A DNA stretch of 64,000 bases from NCBI GenBank assembly GCA_035532415.1, contig DATKRB010000056.1, forward strand, positions 11,435-75,434. The letters are read 5' to 3'. Below, piece after piece: positions 8,545 through 19,150 of this stretch; the stretch's first letter is position 1; each line of letters begins with the position of its first letter. The notes below the pieces were generated by a model. It was given only the letters and a program-made list of their open reading frames with translations, was not told where the DNA came from and did no database searches. The translations under genes were made by a program, and so were the position numbers. This DNA comes from Acidimicrobiales bacterium (GTDB lineage: Bacteria; Actinomycetota; Acidimicrobiia; Acidimicrobiales; RAAP-2).

Positions 8545-9555
8545 GTGAGCTATCAGGCCGAGTACATCTGGATCGACGGCACCGAGCCGTCGCCCCTCCT
8601 GCGCAGCAAGACCCGGATCGTGGCCGACGGCAAGGAGCCCGGGATCTGGGGGTTCGACGGCTCGAGCACGAACCAGGCCCTCGGCCACGACTCCGACTGC
8701 GTTCTTCAGCCGGTGTTCGTCTGCAAGGACCCGCTCCGGGGCCCCGACGACAAGCTCGTCATGTGCGAGGTGCTGCTGACCGACTTCTCGCCCCACCCGA
8801 CGAACACCCGGGCCCCCTCGCTGGCGATCGCGGAGCGGTACGCCGACCAGGAGCCGTGGTTCGGGATCGAGCAGGAGTACACCTTCTTTCAGGACGGGCG
8901 TCCCCTCGGCTGGCCGGCGAGCGGGTACCCGGCCCCCCAGGGGCCCTACTACTGCGGCGTGGGTGGCGACAAGATGCCGGGGCGCGACATCGTCGAGCGG
9001 CACACGTTGGCCTGCATGCAGGCCGGACTGGGAATTGAGGGGACCAACGCCGAGGTCATGATGGGGCAGTGGGAGTTTCAGATCGGCGTGCTCCCGCCCC
9101 CGCTGATCGGCGACCACCTGTGGGTGGCCCGCTGGTTGCTCTTCAGGATCGCCGAGGAATTCGGCGTGTACGCCACGCTCGAGCCCAAGCCGGTCCTGGG
9201 CGACTGGAACGGTGCCGGGGCGCACACGAACTTCTCCACCAAGGCCATGCGCGCCGACGGCGGGTGGGACGCGATCGTCGCCGGGTGCGAGGCACTCGGG
9301 AAGAACATCGACGAGCACGTCAACAACTACGGGGTGGGGATCGAGTTCCGCCTCACCGGTGCCCACGAGACCGCCCACTTCTCGAAGTTCAGCTACGGGA
9401 CCTCCGACCGCGGAGCGTCGATCCGGATCCCCTGGGCCGTGGCCAAGGAGAAGAAGGGTTGGCTCGAGGATCGTCGCCCGAACGCCAACATGGACCCGTA
9501 CGTGGTGACAGGCCTGCTGATCAAGACCGTCTGCGGAGACGCCGCCGGCGACTGA
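8545..9555 (+). CDS. glnII: glutamine synthetase type II
   Basis: MSYQAEYIWIDGTEP...GFDGSSTNQA...FGIEQEYTFF...GPYYCGVG...NAEVMMGQWEFQIG...AHTNFS. Typical eukaryote-like GSII, 336 aa. Confidence 0.95.
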   Translation: MSYQAEYIWIDGTEPSPLLRSKTRIVADGKEPGIWGFDGSSTNQALGHDSDCVLQPVFVCKDPLRGPDDKLVMCEVLLTDFSPHPTNTRAPSLAIAERYADQEPWFGIEQEYTFFQDGRPLGWPASGYPAPQGPYYCGVGGDKMPGRDIVERHTLACMQAGLGIEGTNAEVMMGQWEFQIGVLPPPLIGDHLWVARWLLFRIAEEFGVYATLEPKPVLGDWNGAGAHTNFSTKAMRADGGWDAIVAGCEALGKNIDEHVNNYGVGIEFRLTGAHETAHFSKFSYGTSDRGASIRIPWAVAKEKKGWLEDRRPNANMDPYVVTGLLIKTVCGDAAGD

Positions 9556-9642
9556 GCGCATGCGTGCCCCTGGCGGGCATCGGGACCGTCCGCGGAATGA
9601 CCGGGGAAACGACCTGCGCGCCGAACCTGCGAGACTTGCCTG

Positions 9643-10977
9643 ATGCAGAGCCAGCGGGACTACGTGCTGCGTACGGTCGAAGAACGGGGCGTCCGCTTCG
9701 TACAGCTCTGGTTCACCGACGTCCTCGGGACGCCGAAGGGGTTCAACATCACCCCGGCCGAGCTCGAGAACACGCTCAGCGAGGGGATGACCTTCGACGG
9801 TTCGGCCATCGACGGGTTCAGCCGGGTGCAGGAGTCCGACGTGCTCGCCCGGCCGGACCCCGAGACGTTCCAGCTGCTCCCATGGCACGGCCGCGACGCC
9901 ACCGTGGCCAGGGTGTTCTGCGACATCGCCAACCTCGACGGCACGCCGTTCGAGGGTGACCCCCGGCACACCCTCCGCCGTACCCTGCGGCGGGCCCGCG
10001 CCGCCGGGTACACCTTCTTCGCCTCGCCCGAGATGGAGTACTTCTACTTCGCCAGCGCGGACCCGGAGAAGCCACCCAGGAGCCTCGACTCGGGGTCCTA
10101 CTTCGACCTGACGGTGGCCGACCTGTCGAGCGACCTGCGCCGGCGCTCCGTGCTCATGCTCGAGGAGATGGGCATCCCGGTGGAGCACGCCCAACACGAA
10201 GACGCGCACAGCCAGCACGAGATCGACCTCCGGTACACCGACGCCCTGACGATGGCCGACACGGTGATGACCGTCCGCATGGTGGTGAAGGAGCTGGCCC
10301 GCCAGGAGGGCGTGCACGCCAGCTTCATGCCCAAGCCCCTCGCCGGCGTGCAGGGGTCGGGCATGCACACCCATCTCTCCCTCTGGGAGGGCGAGCGCAA
10401 CGCGTTCGTCGACCCCGACGATCCCCACGGGCTCTCCTCGGTGGCCCGGCACTTCATCGCCGGACTGCTCCGGCACGCACGCGAGATCACGGCGGTGACC
10501 AACCAGTGGGTCAACTCCTACAAGCGCCTGGTGAGCGGGTACGAGGCGCCGATCCACGTCAGCTGGGCCCGCAACAACCGCTCGGCCCTGGTACGGGTGC
10601 CGGTGGTGAAGCGGGGCAAGACCGATTCGACCCGGCTCGAGTACCGGGCGCCCGACAGCGCCTGCAACCCCTACCTGGCGTTCTCGGTGGTGCTCGCAGC
10701 CGGCCTGCGCGGCATTGAGGAAGGGTACGAGCTCCCCGCGGAGGCGGGGGCCAACCTGTTCACCCTCACCGCCAAGGAGCTCGCAGCCCAGGGAATCGAG
10801 TCGCTGCCCAGCAGCCTGAACGAAGCGGTCGACGAGATGGAGCGCTCCACGCTCCTCGCCGACACCCTCGGCGACCACGTCTTCGAATGGTTCATCCGGA
10901 ACAAGCGGGAGGAGTGGAGCGCCTACGAGGCCGAGGTCACCCAGTTCGAGCTCAACCGTTACCTCCCGCTCCTGTGA
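9643..10977 (+). CDS. glnA: glutamine synthetase type I (444 aa, GSI-alpha/GlnA2-like length)
   Basis: VRFVQLWFTDVLGTPKGFNI, FDGSAIDGF, SPEMEYFYF, HEDAHSQHEIDL, GSGMHTHLSLW, NSYKRLV, RVP...R.EYRAPDSACNPYLAF. Confidence 0.95.
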   Translation: MQSQRDYVLRTVEERGVRFVQLWFTDVLGTPKGFNITPAELENTLSEGMTFDGSAIDGFSRVQESDVLARPDPETFQLLPWHGRDATVARVFCDIANLDGTPFEGDPRHTLRRTLRRARAAGYTFFASPEMEYFYFASADPEKPPRSLDSGSYFDLTVADLSSDLRRRSVLMLEEMGIPVEHAQHEDAHSQHEIDLRYTDALTMADTVMTVRMVVKELARQEGVHASFMPKPLAGVQGSGMHTHLSLWEGERNAFVDPDDPHGLSSVARHFIAGLLRHAREITAVTNQWVNSYKRLVSGYEAPIHVSWARNNRSALVRVPVVKRGKTDSTRLEYRAPDSACNPYLAFSVVLAAGLRGIEEGYELPAEAGANLFTLTAKELAAQGIESLPSSLNEAVDEMERSTLLADTLGDHVFEWFIRNKREEWSAYEAEVTQFELNRYLPLL

Positions 10978-11042
10978 CCGTTCCCGGCGGCGCGTACCCG
11001 GCCGAGCCGGCCGGACCGAGCTGACGGGGCCCATCAGGACCG

Positions 11043-11765
11043 ATGGAACCCCTCCTCTGCTACCCGGAGCCCCTGCCCCAAGCGCTCTCTCTCGCCCTCG
11101 AGCGGACCGGATACGCCTGCCGGTGCGTCTCGACGCCGGTTGACGTCGAGACGGAGGAGCAGCGTCCGGAGGCGGCGGGATGGCTGGGCGGGGTCGTCTC
11201 GGCGATCGGGAACCTTGCCGGGGCCATCGCCCTGTGCCAGCACGTCCGGCGGCGTGAGGTACCGCTCGCTCCCCTGCTCCTCGTCCTTTCGGCCGACCAG
11301 ATCGGGGACCTGCAACTCCGCGACGACCTCTTCGACGACTTCTGCGTGCTGCCCGGTGGAGCCGACGAGGTCGCGGCCCGTCTGGAGCACCTCTTCTGGC
11401 GGACCGGTCGCAGCTTGCGCAGCGAGCTGATTGAGTACGGGCCGCTGCAGCTGAACGTCGAGACCTACCAGGCCGCCGTGGCCGGGAGGGTCCTCGACCT
11501 GACCTACATGGAGTACGAGCTGCTCCGATTTCTGGCCGGGCACCCGGCCAAGGTCTTCACCCGCGAGGCGCTGCTGAGCCGGGTCTGGGGCTACGAGTAC
11601 TACGGCGGCGCCCGGACGGTCGACGTGCATGTCCGGCGCCTGCGGGCCAAGCTGGGCGAGGAGCACGCCCATCTGATCCAGACGGTCCGGTCAGTGGGCT
11701 ACCGCTTCGGTCAGGCCGGGTGGGCTGCGAGCCTCGGCTCGCAGCCGCAGCGGGACGGGGGCTGA
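11043..11765 (+). CDS. glnR: GlnR-like orphan OmpR-family response regulator (global nitrogen regulator)
   Basis: The C-terminal wHTH is very close to Streptomyces GlnR as I recall it: GRVLDLTYMEYELLRFLAGHPAKVFTREALLSRVWGYEYYGGARTVDVHVRRLRAKLGEEHAHLIQTVRSVGYRF. Atypical receiver domain. No cognate kinase adjacent. Sits next to glnA/glnII. Confidence 0.8.
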   Translation: MEPLLCYPEPLPQALSLALERTGYACRCVSTPVDVETEEQRPEAAGWLGGVVSAIGNLAGAIALCQHVRRREVPLAPLLLVLSADQIGDLQLRDDLFDDFCVLPGGADEVAARLEHLFWRTGRSLRSELIEYGPLQLNVETYQAAVAGRVLDLTYMEYELLRFLAGHPAKVFTREALLSRVWGYEYYGGARTVDVHVRRLRAKLGEEHAHLIQTVRSVGYRFGQAGWAASLGSQPQRDGG

Positions 11766-11781
11766 CCCCCGGCCGCAGGGC

Positions 11782-12150
11782 TCACGCCGGCGGGAGCACC
11801 GCCCAGGCCTCCACCTCCACCCGGGCATCCAGGGGCAGCCGGGCCGCCCCCACTGCCGACCGGGCGGGGCGGTTCTCCCCGAAGACCTCCACCCAGATCT
11901 CGTTCACCACGGCGAGATCGTCCATGTCTGCGACGAAAACCGTCGTCTTCACCACGTCGGCGAGCGTGGCCCCCTGGGTCGCGAGCACGGTGGAGAGGTT
12001 GGCGAGGGCCTGCCGGAGCTGGGCCCCCGTCCCGCCTTCGACCAGCCCGGTCACACCCGGCCCGATACCGATCTGACCCGAGGTCACGACCCAGCCATCC
12101 ACCCGCCGGCACGGCGAGTAGGGACCGACAGGTCCTCCGGCGCCGCTCAC
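11782..12150 (-). CDS. ridA: RidA/YjgF family reactive-intermediate deaminase
   Basis: GPYSPCRRVDGWVVTSGQIG...VVKTTVFVADMDDLAVVNEIW...PARSAVGAARLPLDARVEVEAWA. Confidence 0.9.
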   Translation of the reverse strand: MSGAGGPVGPYSPCRRVDGWVVTSGQIGIGPGVTGLVEGGTGAQLRQALANLSTVLATQGATLADVVKTTVFVADMDDLAVVNEIWVEVFGENRPARSAVGAARLPLDARVEVEAWAVLPPA

Positions 12151-12196
12151 GTGGCCACCGTGGGGTCACCCGGTGGGCCCGAGAGCCGTTCCGTTG

Positions 12197-12559
12197 TCAG
12201 CTGAACGAGGAACCGCAGCCGCAGGTCCTCGAGGCGTTCGGGTTGGTGATGTGGAACCCTGCGCCCTGCAGCCCGTCGCTGAAATCGAGCGTGGTGCCGT
12301 TGAGGAGCTCGGCACTTGCGGGGTCGACCACGACCTTCACGCTGCCGAACTCCCGAACGATGTCGTCGCCCGCGATCTCGGAGTCGAAGAACATCTCGTA
12401 GCTGTAGCCCGAGCAGCCACCGGGCTTGACGGCGACGCGCAGCGCCAGCCCGTCACCCTCTTCCTGCGCGAGCAGCTCCGTCACCTTGGCCGTGGCCACG
12501 TCTGTGAGCAGCACCGGAGACGGCTTCTTCCCGATGCTGACAGCGGTCGCCATGCTCAT
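12197..12559 (-). CDS. erpA: Fe-S cluster insertion protein, HesB/IscA/ErpA family
   Basis: LRVAVKPGGCSGYSYEMFFD ... C-terminal CGCGSSF motif. ATG at 12559 preceded by AAGGAGG. The longer ORF to 12664 is rejected. Confidence 0.9.
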   Translation of the reverse strand: MSMATAVSIGKKPSPVLLTDVATAKVTELLAQEEGDGLALRVAVKPGGCSGYSYEMFFDSEIAGDDIVREFGSVKVVVDPASAELLNGTTLDFSDGLQGAGFHITNPNASRTCGCGSSFS

Positions 12560-12751
12560 CGCAATTGCCTCCTTGCCGGTTGGCCTCCCTGGCCCGCCGC
12601 GGTCGAGCGCCGCCGCTGCCCATCGGGTCTGGGACGACCGGTCGGGGACGAGGGTGCTCGGCACCCATGATACCGGCCCCGCTTCCGTCCCGGCACATCA
12701 GCGTCGTCGGCGACCTCCCCCGGCGGGTTGGACGGGCCTGCCAAGTAGGAT

Positions 12752-13987
12752 ATGGACGTGGCTCTCGATCCGTCCACAGGCGGTGCACCGGGGGTACCCA
12801 CCGGGCAGAACGGGACCAGCCGGCCGGTACCGCCGCCGACACCCGGCGAGGCCCGTGATGCCCTGCGGGCGGTCATCGATCCCGAGCTGGGCGAGAACGT
12901 GGTCGACCTCGGGATGGTCCGATCGGTGGAGGTAGACCCCTCGGGGCGGGTGCGGGTGGGCGTCGCACTGACGGTGGCCGGGTGCCCATTGCGGTCCCAG
13001 ATCGAACGGGACGTCGTCGGGCGGCTGTCGGGGATGGTCGGGGTCACCGCCGTACAGGTGACCATGGGCGAGATGGACCAGGCCGAACGCACGGCCGTCA
13101 TGGCCAGGGCCCGGTGGAAGGCCCGCGAGCAGGCCCCGGCGACCGCCGTCCCCCCCACCGCCCGGGTGCTGGCGGTCGCATCGGGAAAGGGCGGGGTGGG
13201 CAAGTCCTCCGTCACCGTGAACCTCGCTGCCTCCCTGGCCCGGCGGGGTCTGGTGGTGGGCGTTCTCGACGCGGACATCTGGGGGTTCTCGGTCCCCAGG
13301 CTCCTCGGGATGGACGGCGGCGTGGAGGCGCTGGACGGGAAGATGGTCCCCCTCGAGCTTCCGATCGGCACCGGCATGCTGAAGGTGCTGTCGATGGGCT
13401 TCCTCGCCGACGAGGACCGGGCGATCATGTGGCGGGGCCTCGTCCTGAACCGGGCGGTCCAACAGTTCCTGCAGGACGCCCACTGGGGCGAGCTCGACTA
13501 CCTGCTGATCGACCTCCCCCCCGGCACCGGTGACGTACAGATGGGCCTGGCCCGCATGCTCCCGCGCACGGAGATGCTGGTGGTGACCACTCCACCGGTC
13601 GCCGCCCAACGGGTCGCCGCAAGGGCCGCCGACATGGCGCGTCGCGGCTACCTGAGGGTGGCCGGCGTGATCGAGAACATGAGCGACTTCACCTGCGAGC
13701 ACGGCACCAAGTACGCCCTGTTCGGCTCGGGGGGCGGGGCACGTCTCGCCTCCGAGCTCGGAGTCCCCCTGGTGGGAACCATCCCGCTCCATCCCGACGT
13801 GACCGCCGGAGGGGACGCCGGCACGCCGGTCGCTCTCGGCGAGGGCCAGCTCGCCGACGTCTTCGCCGAGCTGGCCCGGTCCCTGGCCGAGGAGATTGCC
13901 CCGGTCATGGACGCCTCGGGTTGCACGGGCAGGATGCTCGGCCAGATGGTCCGGGCCGCCCAGGCGGCCAAGGCCGCCGAGGCCTGA
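12752..13987 (+). CDS. mrp: Mrp/ApbC/NBP35 Fe-S cluster carrier ATPase with N-terminal DUF59-like domain
   Basis: VIDPELGENVVDLGMV (DUF59-like), deviant Walker A VASGKGGVGKSSVTVNLA, and CxxC-type FTCEHG region. Confidence 0.9.
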   Translation: MDVALDPSTGGAPGVPTGQNGTSRPVPPPTPGEARDALRAVIDPELGENVVDLGMVRSVEVDPSGRVRVGVALTVAGCPLRSQIERDVVGRLSGMVGVTAVQVTMGEMDQAERTAVMARARWKAREQAPATAVPPTARVLAVASGKGGVGKSSVTVNLAASLARRGLVVGVLDADIWGFSVPRLLGMDGGVEALDGKMVPLELPIGTGMLKVLSMGFLADEDRAIMWRGLVLNRAVQQFLQDAHWGELDYLLIDLPPGTGDVQMGLARMLPRTEMLVVTTPPVAAQRVAARAADMARRGYLRVAGVIENMSDFTCEHGTKYALFGSGGGARLASELGVPLVGTIPLHPDVTAGGDAGTPVALGEGQLADVFAELARSLAEEIAPVMDASGCTGRMLGQMVRAAQAAKAAEA

Positions 13988-13988
13988 G

Positions 13989-14923
13989 TCAATCCGCGGG
14001 CGACCACTCCGCCCGCAATTCGGGATCGTCGGGGACCGCGGCGGCGGTGCCGGCCACGAGCCCAGGCCCGTCCGGGGGGCCCTCGTCGGCAGCGTCGGCC
14101 CGGTTGACCCTCCCCTCGTCGCAGAGCTTCCGAAGATGCGCCCACAACGAGTACCGGGCGACTTTCCGGCGGTCCTCGTCCACGTCGGCGTACACGGTGG
14201 CGAGGAGATCGTCCACCGTGCCCGTCCCCAGCTCCACCAGGGCGTCCAACACGACCTGCTCGCGCTCGAGCCGGTGGTCGACGATCCCGCGGATCGCGGC
14301 GGCCGGGTCCCCGATGAGCCGGCCGTGCCCCGGGCCGATCGATTCGAGGGACGGTGACAGGGCGAGCAGGCGCCGGAGGCTCGCCAGATAGACGGCCATG
14401 TCCCCGTCCGGCGGGTGGATCACCACCGTCGATCCGTGCATGACGTGATCACCCGAGAGCAGCATCGAATGGGCCTCCACCAGCCAGCAGAGGTGGTTGG
14501 ACGCGTGCCCGGGCGTGTGCACCGCCCGCAGCGTGAAGTCCGGACCCTGCAGGGTCCAGCCGTCGCCGACCGATCGGTCCGGCGAGAACCCGTCGCGGGC
14601 GTCGAACCCGATCACCTCGGCTCCGGTCCGCGCCGCCAGGCCGGCGGCGCCGGGCGCGTGGTCCGGGTGGGTGTGGGTCACGAGTACCCAGCGGACGCAC
14701 CCGGGGCCCCGGGTCGCCAGATCGGCAAGGGCGTCGAGATGGGCGGGTTCGTCGGGACCCGGGTCGACCACGGCGACCTCGGCGGACCCGACGAGGTAGG
14801 AGTTCGTGCCCGGCCCGGTCATGAGGCCGGGGTTCGGTGCGGTCAGCCGCCTCACCCCTCGGGCCAGCTCCACCGGGTCGCCCGGCACGACCGCGGCCCC
14901 GACCCCGAGGTCGCGTGCCGCCC

Positions 14924-14927
<4 letters not shown>
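13989..14927 (-). CDS. MBL-fold metallo-hydrolase
   Basis: VLVTHTHPDHAPG (HxHxDH) and HTPGHASNH. ATG at 14927 overlaps the TGA of the upstream NUDIX gene (ATGA). Confidence 0.85.
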
Positions 14928-15853
<926 letters not shown>

Positions 15854-16018
15854 CGGCAGTTGCTCACCACGAGGCGAGGCTACCCGGGGGAGATCCCGGC
15901 GACACCGCTCCCGGTGGCGGCTGGTCTACGCTGGCCGCGCGCCTCTCGAGCACGCGATGTCGCTCCCGGCGCACGGCCCCTGATCACCCTCGGGATTCCC
16001 AGAAAGAGCGCCCGCGCG

Positions 16019-17242
16019 ATGGTAGAGGACAACGAGCCGAGGGCATCCCGATCGCCGGCGGACAAAGAGGAGAGCCGCCGCCAGAGCCGCGCCGTCTCGG
16101 GCAAGCAGGCCGCCCGATCGGTGGGCGCCGATCCGCGGAAGGGCAAAGGCAAGGCAGGGACCTCGGCGACCGGTGCACCGAAGAACGGCAGGGGCACGAC
16201 GACCGGCTCGCCCCGAGGTCCCGCGTCCAAACGGCCACCGGAGAAGGCCCCGGGCTCGAAGGCGCCGGCAGCAACCCGTCCGGGCAATCGTCCGTCGGCG
16301 AAGAACGGCTCGAGGCCCGGCGGTCGGAGAAGGGGCGGTGGCAGAAGGCCGGGTGGCCGGCCGGGCCGCCTGGGCGGCAGGTCCCGGGCAACCCTGTTCA
16401 CCTGGGGCACGATCGCCCTCGTGATCGTGGTCGTCGCGGTCCTGGTGATCGTGAAGGTGTTCAGCTCGAGCACCGCCCCCCCGACCAGCACCGTCATCAC
16501 CCCGGTCCCGGCTTCGATCATGCAGGACATCACTTCCGTCCCGACGTCGGTGTACGACAAGGTGGGCGTGACGTCGCCTGCATCCATCACCCCGCCGACG
16601 GTCGCCGGCCAGACCACACCGGGCCTCACCATCGCCGGCAAGCCGGGGATGTTCTACCTCGGCGGGGAGTTCTGCCCGTACTGCGCCGCCGAGCGGTGGG
16701 CGATGGTCACGGCCCTGGCCCGGTTCGGGAAGTTCTCCGGCTTGGGGGAGATGGAATCGAGCCCCACCGACCTGGCCCCCAACACCCAGACCTTCACCTT
16801 TCACGGTGCCACCTTCGCCAGCACGTACCTCGGCTTCCGGCCGGTCGAGCACTACAGCAACGTCCCGGACACCGCCACCGGCTACTACACGCAGCTCGAA
16901 CCGCTGACCAAGGCCGACCAGAAGCTCCTCAAGACCTACTACACGACCAAGTACCTGCCCGGGATCACCTCCGGGCAGGTCGGCATCCCCTTCGTCGACA
17001 TCGGGAACAAGGTCTTCGTCTACCAGTCCTCCCAGTTCTCGCCGACGATCCTGGCGGGACTGACGCGCCAGCAGATCGCCTCGGGTCTGAGCGACCCGAC
17101 CAACCCGGTCACCCAGGCGATCATCGCCTCGTCGAATTACCTCTCGGCCGGGATCTGCGCCACCAACGGTCAGCAGCCGTCGTCGGTGTGCTCGAGCAAG
17201 GGTGTGACGGCGGCGGCCAAGGCGCTCAAGCTGTCCGCCTGA
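16019..17242 (+). CDS. DUF929-like membrane-anchored thioredoxin-fold protein
   Basis: Basic disordered N-terminus, one TM (LFTWGTIALVIVVVAVLVIV), then GGEFCPYCAAERWAMVTALARFGKF (CxxC). ATG at 16019 within long ORF 14837..17242, whose 5' part is antisense to the NUDIX gene. Confidence 0.75.
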   Translation: MVEDNEPRASRSPADKEESRRQSRAVSGKQAARSVGADPRKGKGKAGTSATGAPKNGRGTTTGSPRGPASKRPPEKAPGSKAPAATRPGNRPSAKNGSRPGGRRRGGGRRPGGRPGRLGGRSRATLFTWGTIALVIVVVAVLVIVKVFSSSTAPPTSTVITPVPASIMQDITSVPTSVYDKVGVTSPASITPPTVAGQTTPGLTIAGKPGMFYLGGEFCPYCAAERWAMVTALARFGKFSGLGEMESSPTDLAPNTQTFTFHGATFASTYLGFRPVEHYSNVPDTATGYYTQLEPLTKADQKLLKTYYTTKYLPGITSGQVGIPFVDIGNKVFVYQSSQFSPTILAGLTRQQIASGLSDPTNPVTQAIIASSNYLSAGICATNGQQPSSVCSSKGVTAAAKALKLSA

Positions 17243-17244
17243 GC

Positions 17245-17748
17245 ATGGCACCGGCAGTCGGGGCGGGGCGGGGCGGCGGGGAAGTGCCGGGTACGGCCTT
17301 CCTCGCTCTCAGCCTCGTGTTGGCGCTGGCGGGTCTGGGTGTCTCCATCTACCTGACCGTGGCCCACTACGTCGGTGCCCAGGCGCTGGTCTGCTCCGAC
17401 AACGGCCTGATCAACTGCCAGAAGGTGACGACCAGCGCCCAGTCCCACTTCCTCGGTATGCCGGTGGCCGTGCTGGGACTGGCGTACTACGTGGCGATGG
17501 TGGCCCTCGACCTTCCGGCCGCGTGGCGGACGTGCGACCGTCGGGTGCACGTGGCCCGGATGGTCCTGATGGCGGTGGGCATGGCGTTCGCCCTGTACCT
17601 GGTCTCCGCCGAGCTGCTCATCATCGGCAGCATCTGCATCTGGTGCACCGCCGTGCACGTCATCACGTTCCTTCTGTTCGTGGTGGTGATGACGGCGAGC
17701 CCGAGAGCGCTCGGCTGGATCGCCCCCGGTTCGCCCGAGCGGGCCTGA
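17245..17748 (+). CDS. vitamin K epoxide reductase (VKOR) family protein
   Basis: Four TM segments. Loop cysteines at LVCSDNGLINCQKV and active-site CIWC. ATG at 17245, 2 nt after the DUF929 stop. Confidence 0.85.
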   Translation: MAPAVGAGRGGGEVPGTAFLALSLVLALAGLGVSIYLTVAHYVGAQALVCSDNGLINCQKVTTSAQSHFLGMPVAVLGLAYYVAMVALDLPAAWRTCDRRVHVARMVLMAVGMAFALYLVSAELLIIGSICIWCTAVHVITFLLFVVVMTASPRALGWIAPGSPERA

Positions 17749-17777
17749 CGGGTCGCCCGGGCTCGCCCCCTCCTCGT

Positions 17778-18044
17778 TCAGCCGGCGCGGCGCTCGAGCA
17801 GGATCTTCCGCTCCACCTCGTTGAGCCCGCCCCAGATGCCGTGGGGCTCGCGGATGCGTATCGCGTACTCGAGACAGTCCCGCCGGACGTGGCACTCGGC
17901 ACAGATGGATTTGGCTCGGGACTCCCGGGCTGCCTTCTCGTCTTTTCGCTCCGCCCGGGACGGCGGGAAGAACGCCGTCGCTTGCGGACCCCGGCAGGCA
18001 GCCTTGGCCTGCCACGTCTCTCCTGACTGGCGAATTGCCACCAT
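17778..18044 (-). CDS. whiB: WhiB-family Fe-S transcriptional regulator
   Basis: WQAKAACRG...AKSICAECHVRRDCLEYA...GIWGGL. Four Cys plus the G(V/I)WGG turn. Confidence 0.95.
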   Translation of the reverse strand: MVAIRQSGETWQAKAACRGPQATAFFPPSRAERKDEKAARESRAKSICAECHVRRDCLEYAIRIREPHGIWGGLNEVERKILLERRAG

Positions 18045-18172
18045 TCAGCTAACCCCCTCCCCCGTCTTGGCCAGGGTAGCGCCGGGCTCCTCCGGCAAAC
18101 AAGTCCCCCTACCAGGTACTTCATCGGGCGCATGGCATCACCGACGAGCCCCGGCGCTACGCTGCCCGACAG

Positions 18173-19150
18173 ATGGACGTCGCCTCGTTCTGCAGACAGA
18201 GCCGGGTACTGGTGGTGGCCGGCAAAGGCGGCGTCGGCAAGAGCACGATGGTGGCCGCACTCGCGAGAATGGCCGCCAACGCCGGGATGTCCGTGCTCAT
18301 CGTGGAGCTCGAGGGGAAGCCGGGCATCAGCGCCGCCTTCGACCGGCGCGGCCCGCTGCTGTACGAAGAGTCCCTGCTGGCGGCTCCGACCGCCTCGGGT
18401 GCCAACGCCGTCCGGGCACGCCGGATCACCCCCGACGACGCCCTGCTCGAGTACCTGGCGGACCACGGCCTGCACCGGGTGTCGAAGCGACTGCTCTCCA
18501 CCGGTGTGCTCGACGTCGTGGCGACGGCGATCCCGGGGATCCGTGACGTCCTCGTGCTGGGCAAGGTGAAGGGGCTCGAACGGGACCGGGCCGCCGACCT
18601 GATCCTGGTCGACGCTCCGGCCACCGGGCACGCCGTCACGTTCCTGACCTCGGCTGGCGGGTTACTCGGGATCGCCCGGAGCGGACCGGTCCGGACCCAG
18701 GCGGCCGAGGTGGACGGACTGCTCCGCGACCCGGAGCGCTGCCGGGTGATGCTGGTCACGTTGGCCGAGGAGATGCCGGTCAGCGAGACCGTCGAGGCCG
18801 CCTATCAGTTGGAGGACCGGGCCGGGTTGCGGCTGGGTCCGGTGATCGTCAACGGCGTCGCGGGTCTGCCGCTCGGGCTCGCCGGCGACGCCGAGGCAGC
18901 AGCCGGGGCCGTCGGGGTCCACTGCACCGACGACCAGCTCGCAGCCCTGAACGCGGCCCGGCGGTTCCGGCTCCAGCGGGCCGAGCTCGAGGCGGAGCAA
19001 CTGGCGCGACTGGGGCGAGAGCTGCCCCTCCCCCAGATCAGGGTGCCGGCGTTGGCCGCCCCGGTCATCGGGTCGGCCCAGCTCGACATCCTGAGCGACT
19101 CCCTGGCCCGTGGGGTCGCCGACCTCGTTCCCGAGGTCCCGGCCGCATGA
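18173..19150 (+). CDS. ArsA-family (anion-transporting-like) ATPase 1
   Basis: VLVVAGKGGVGKSTMVAALA (deviant Walker A) and LILVDAPATGHA. First of a pair next to whiB, as in M. tuberculosis Rv3679/Rv3680-whiB4. Confidence 0.85.
   Translation: MDVASFCRQSRVLVVAGKGGVGKSTMVAALARMAANAGMSVLIVELEGKPGISAAFDRRGPLLYEESLLAAPTASGANAVRARRITPDDALLEYLADHGLHRVSKRLLSTGVLDVVATAIPGIRDVLVLGKVKGLERDRAADLILVDAPATGHAVTFLTSAGGLLGIARSGPVRTQAAEVDGLLRDPERCRVMLVTLAEEMPVSETVEAAYQLEDRAGLRLGPVIVNGVAGLPLGLAGDAEAAAGAVGVHCTDDQLAALNAARRFRLQRAELEAEQLARLGRELPLPQIRVPALAAPVIGSAQLDILSDSLARGVADLVPEVPAA

Noticed and set aside
9556-9642. GlnR box upstream of glnA
   Set aside because: Only a GAAAC half-site (within GGGGAAACG) is present. 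The 5-mer 6 nt upstream (GAATG) does not fit gTnAc, which is too weak to call.
8527-11034. 835-aa minus-strand ORF spanning glnII and glnA
   Set aside because: It is antisense to two glutamine synthetase genes and has no domain signatures.
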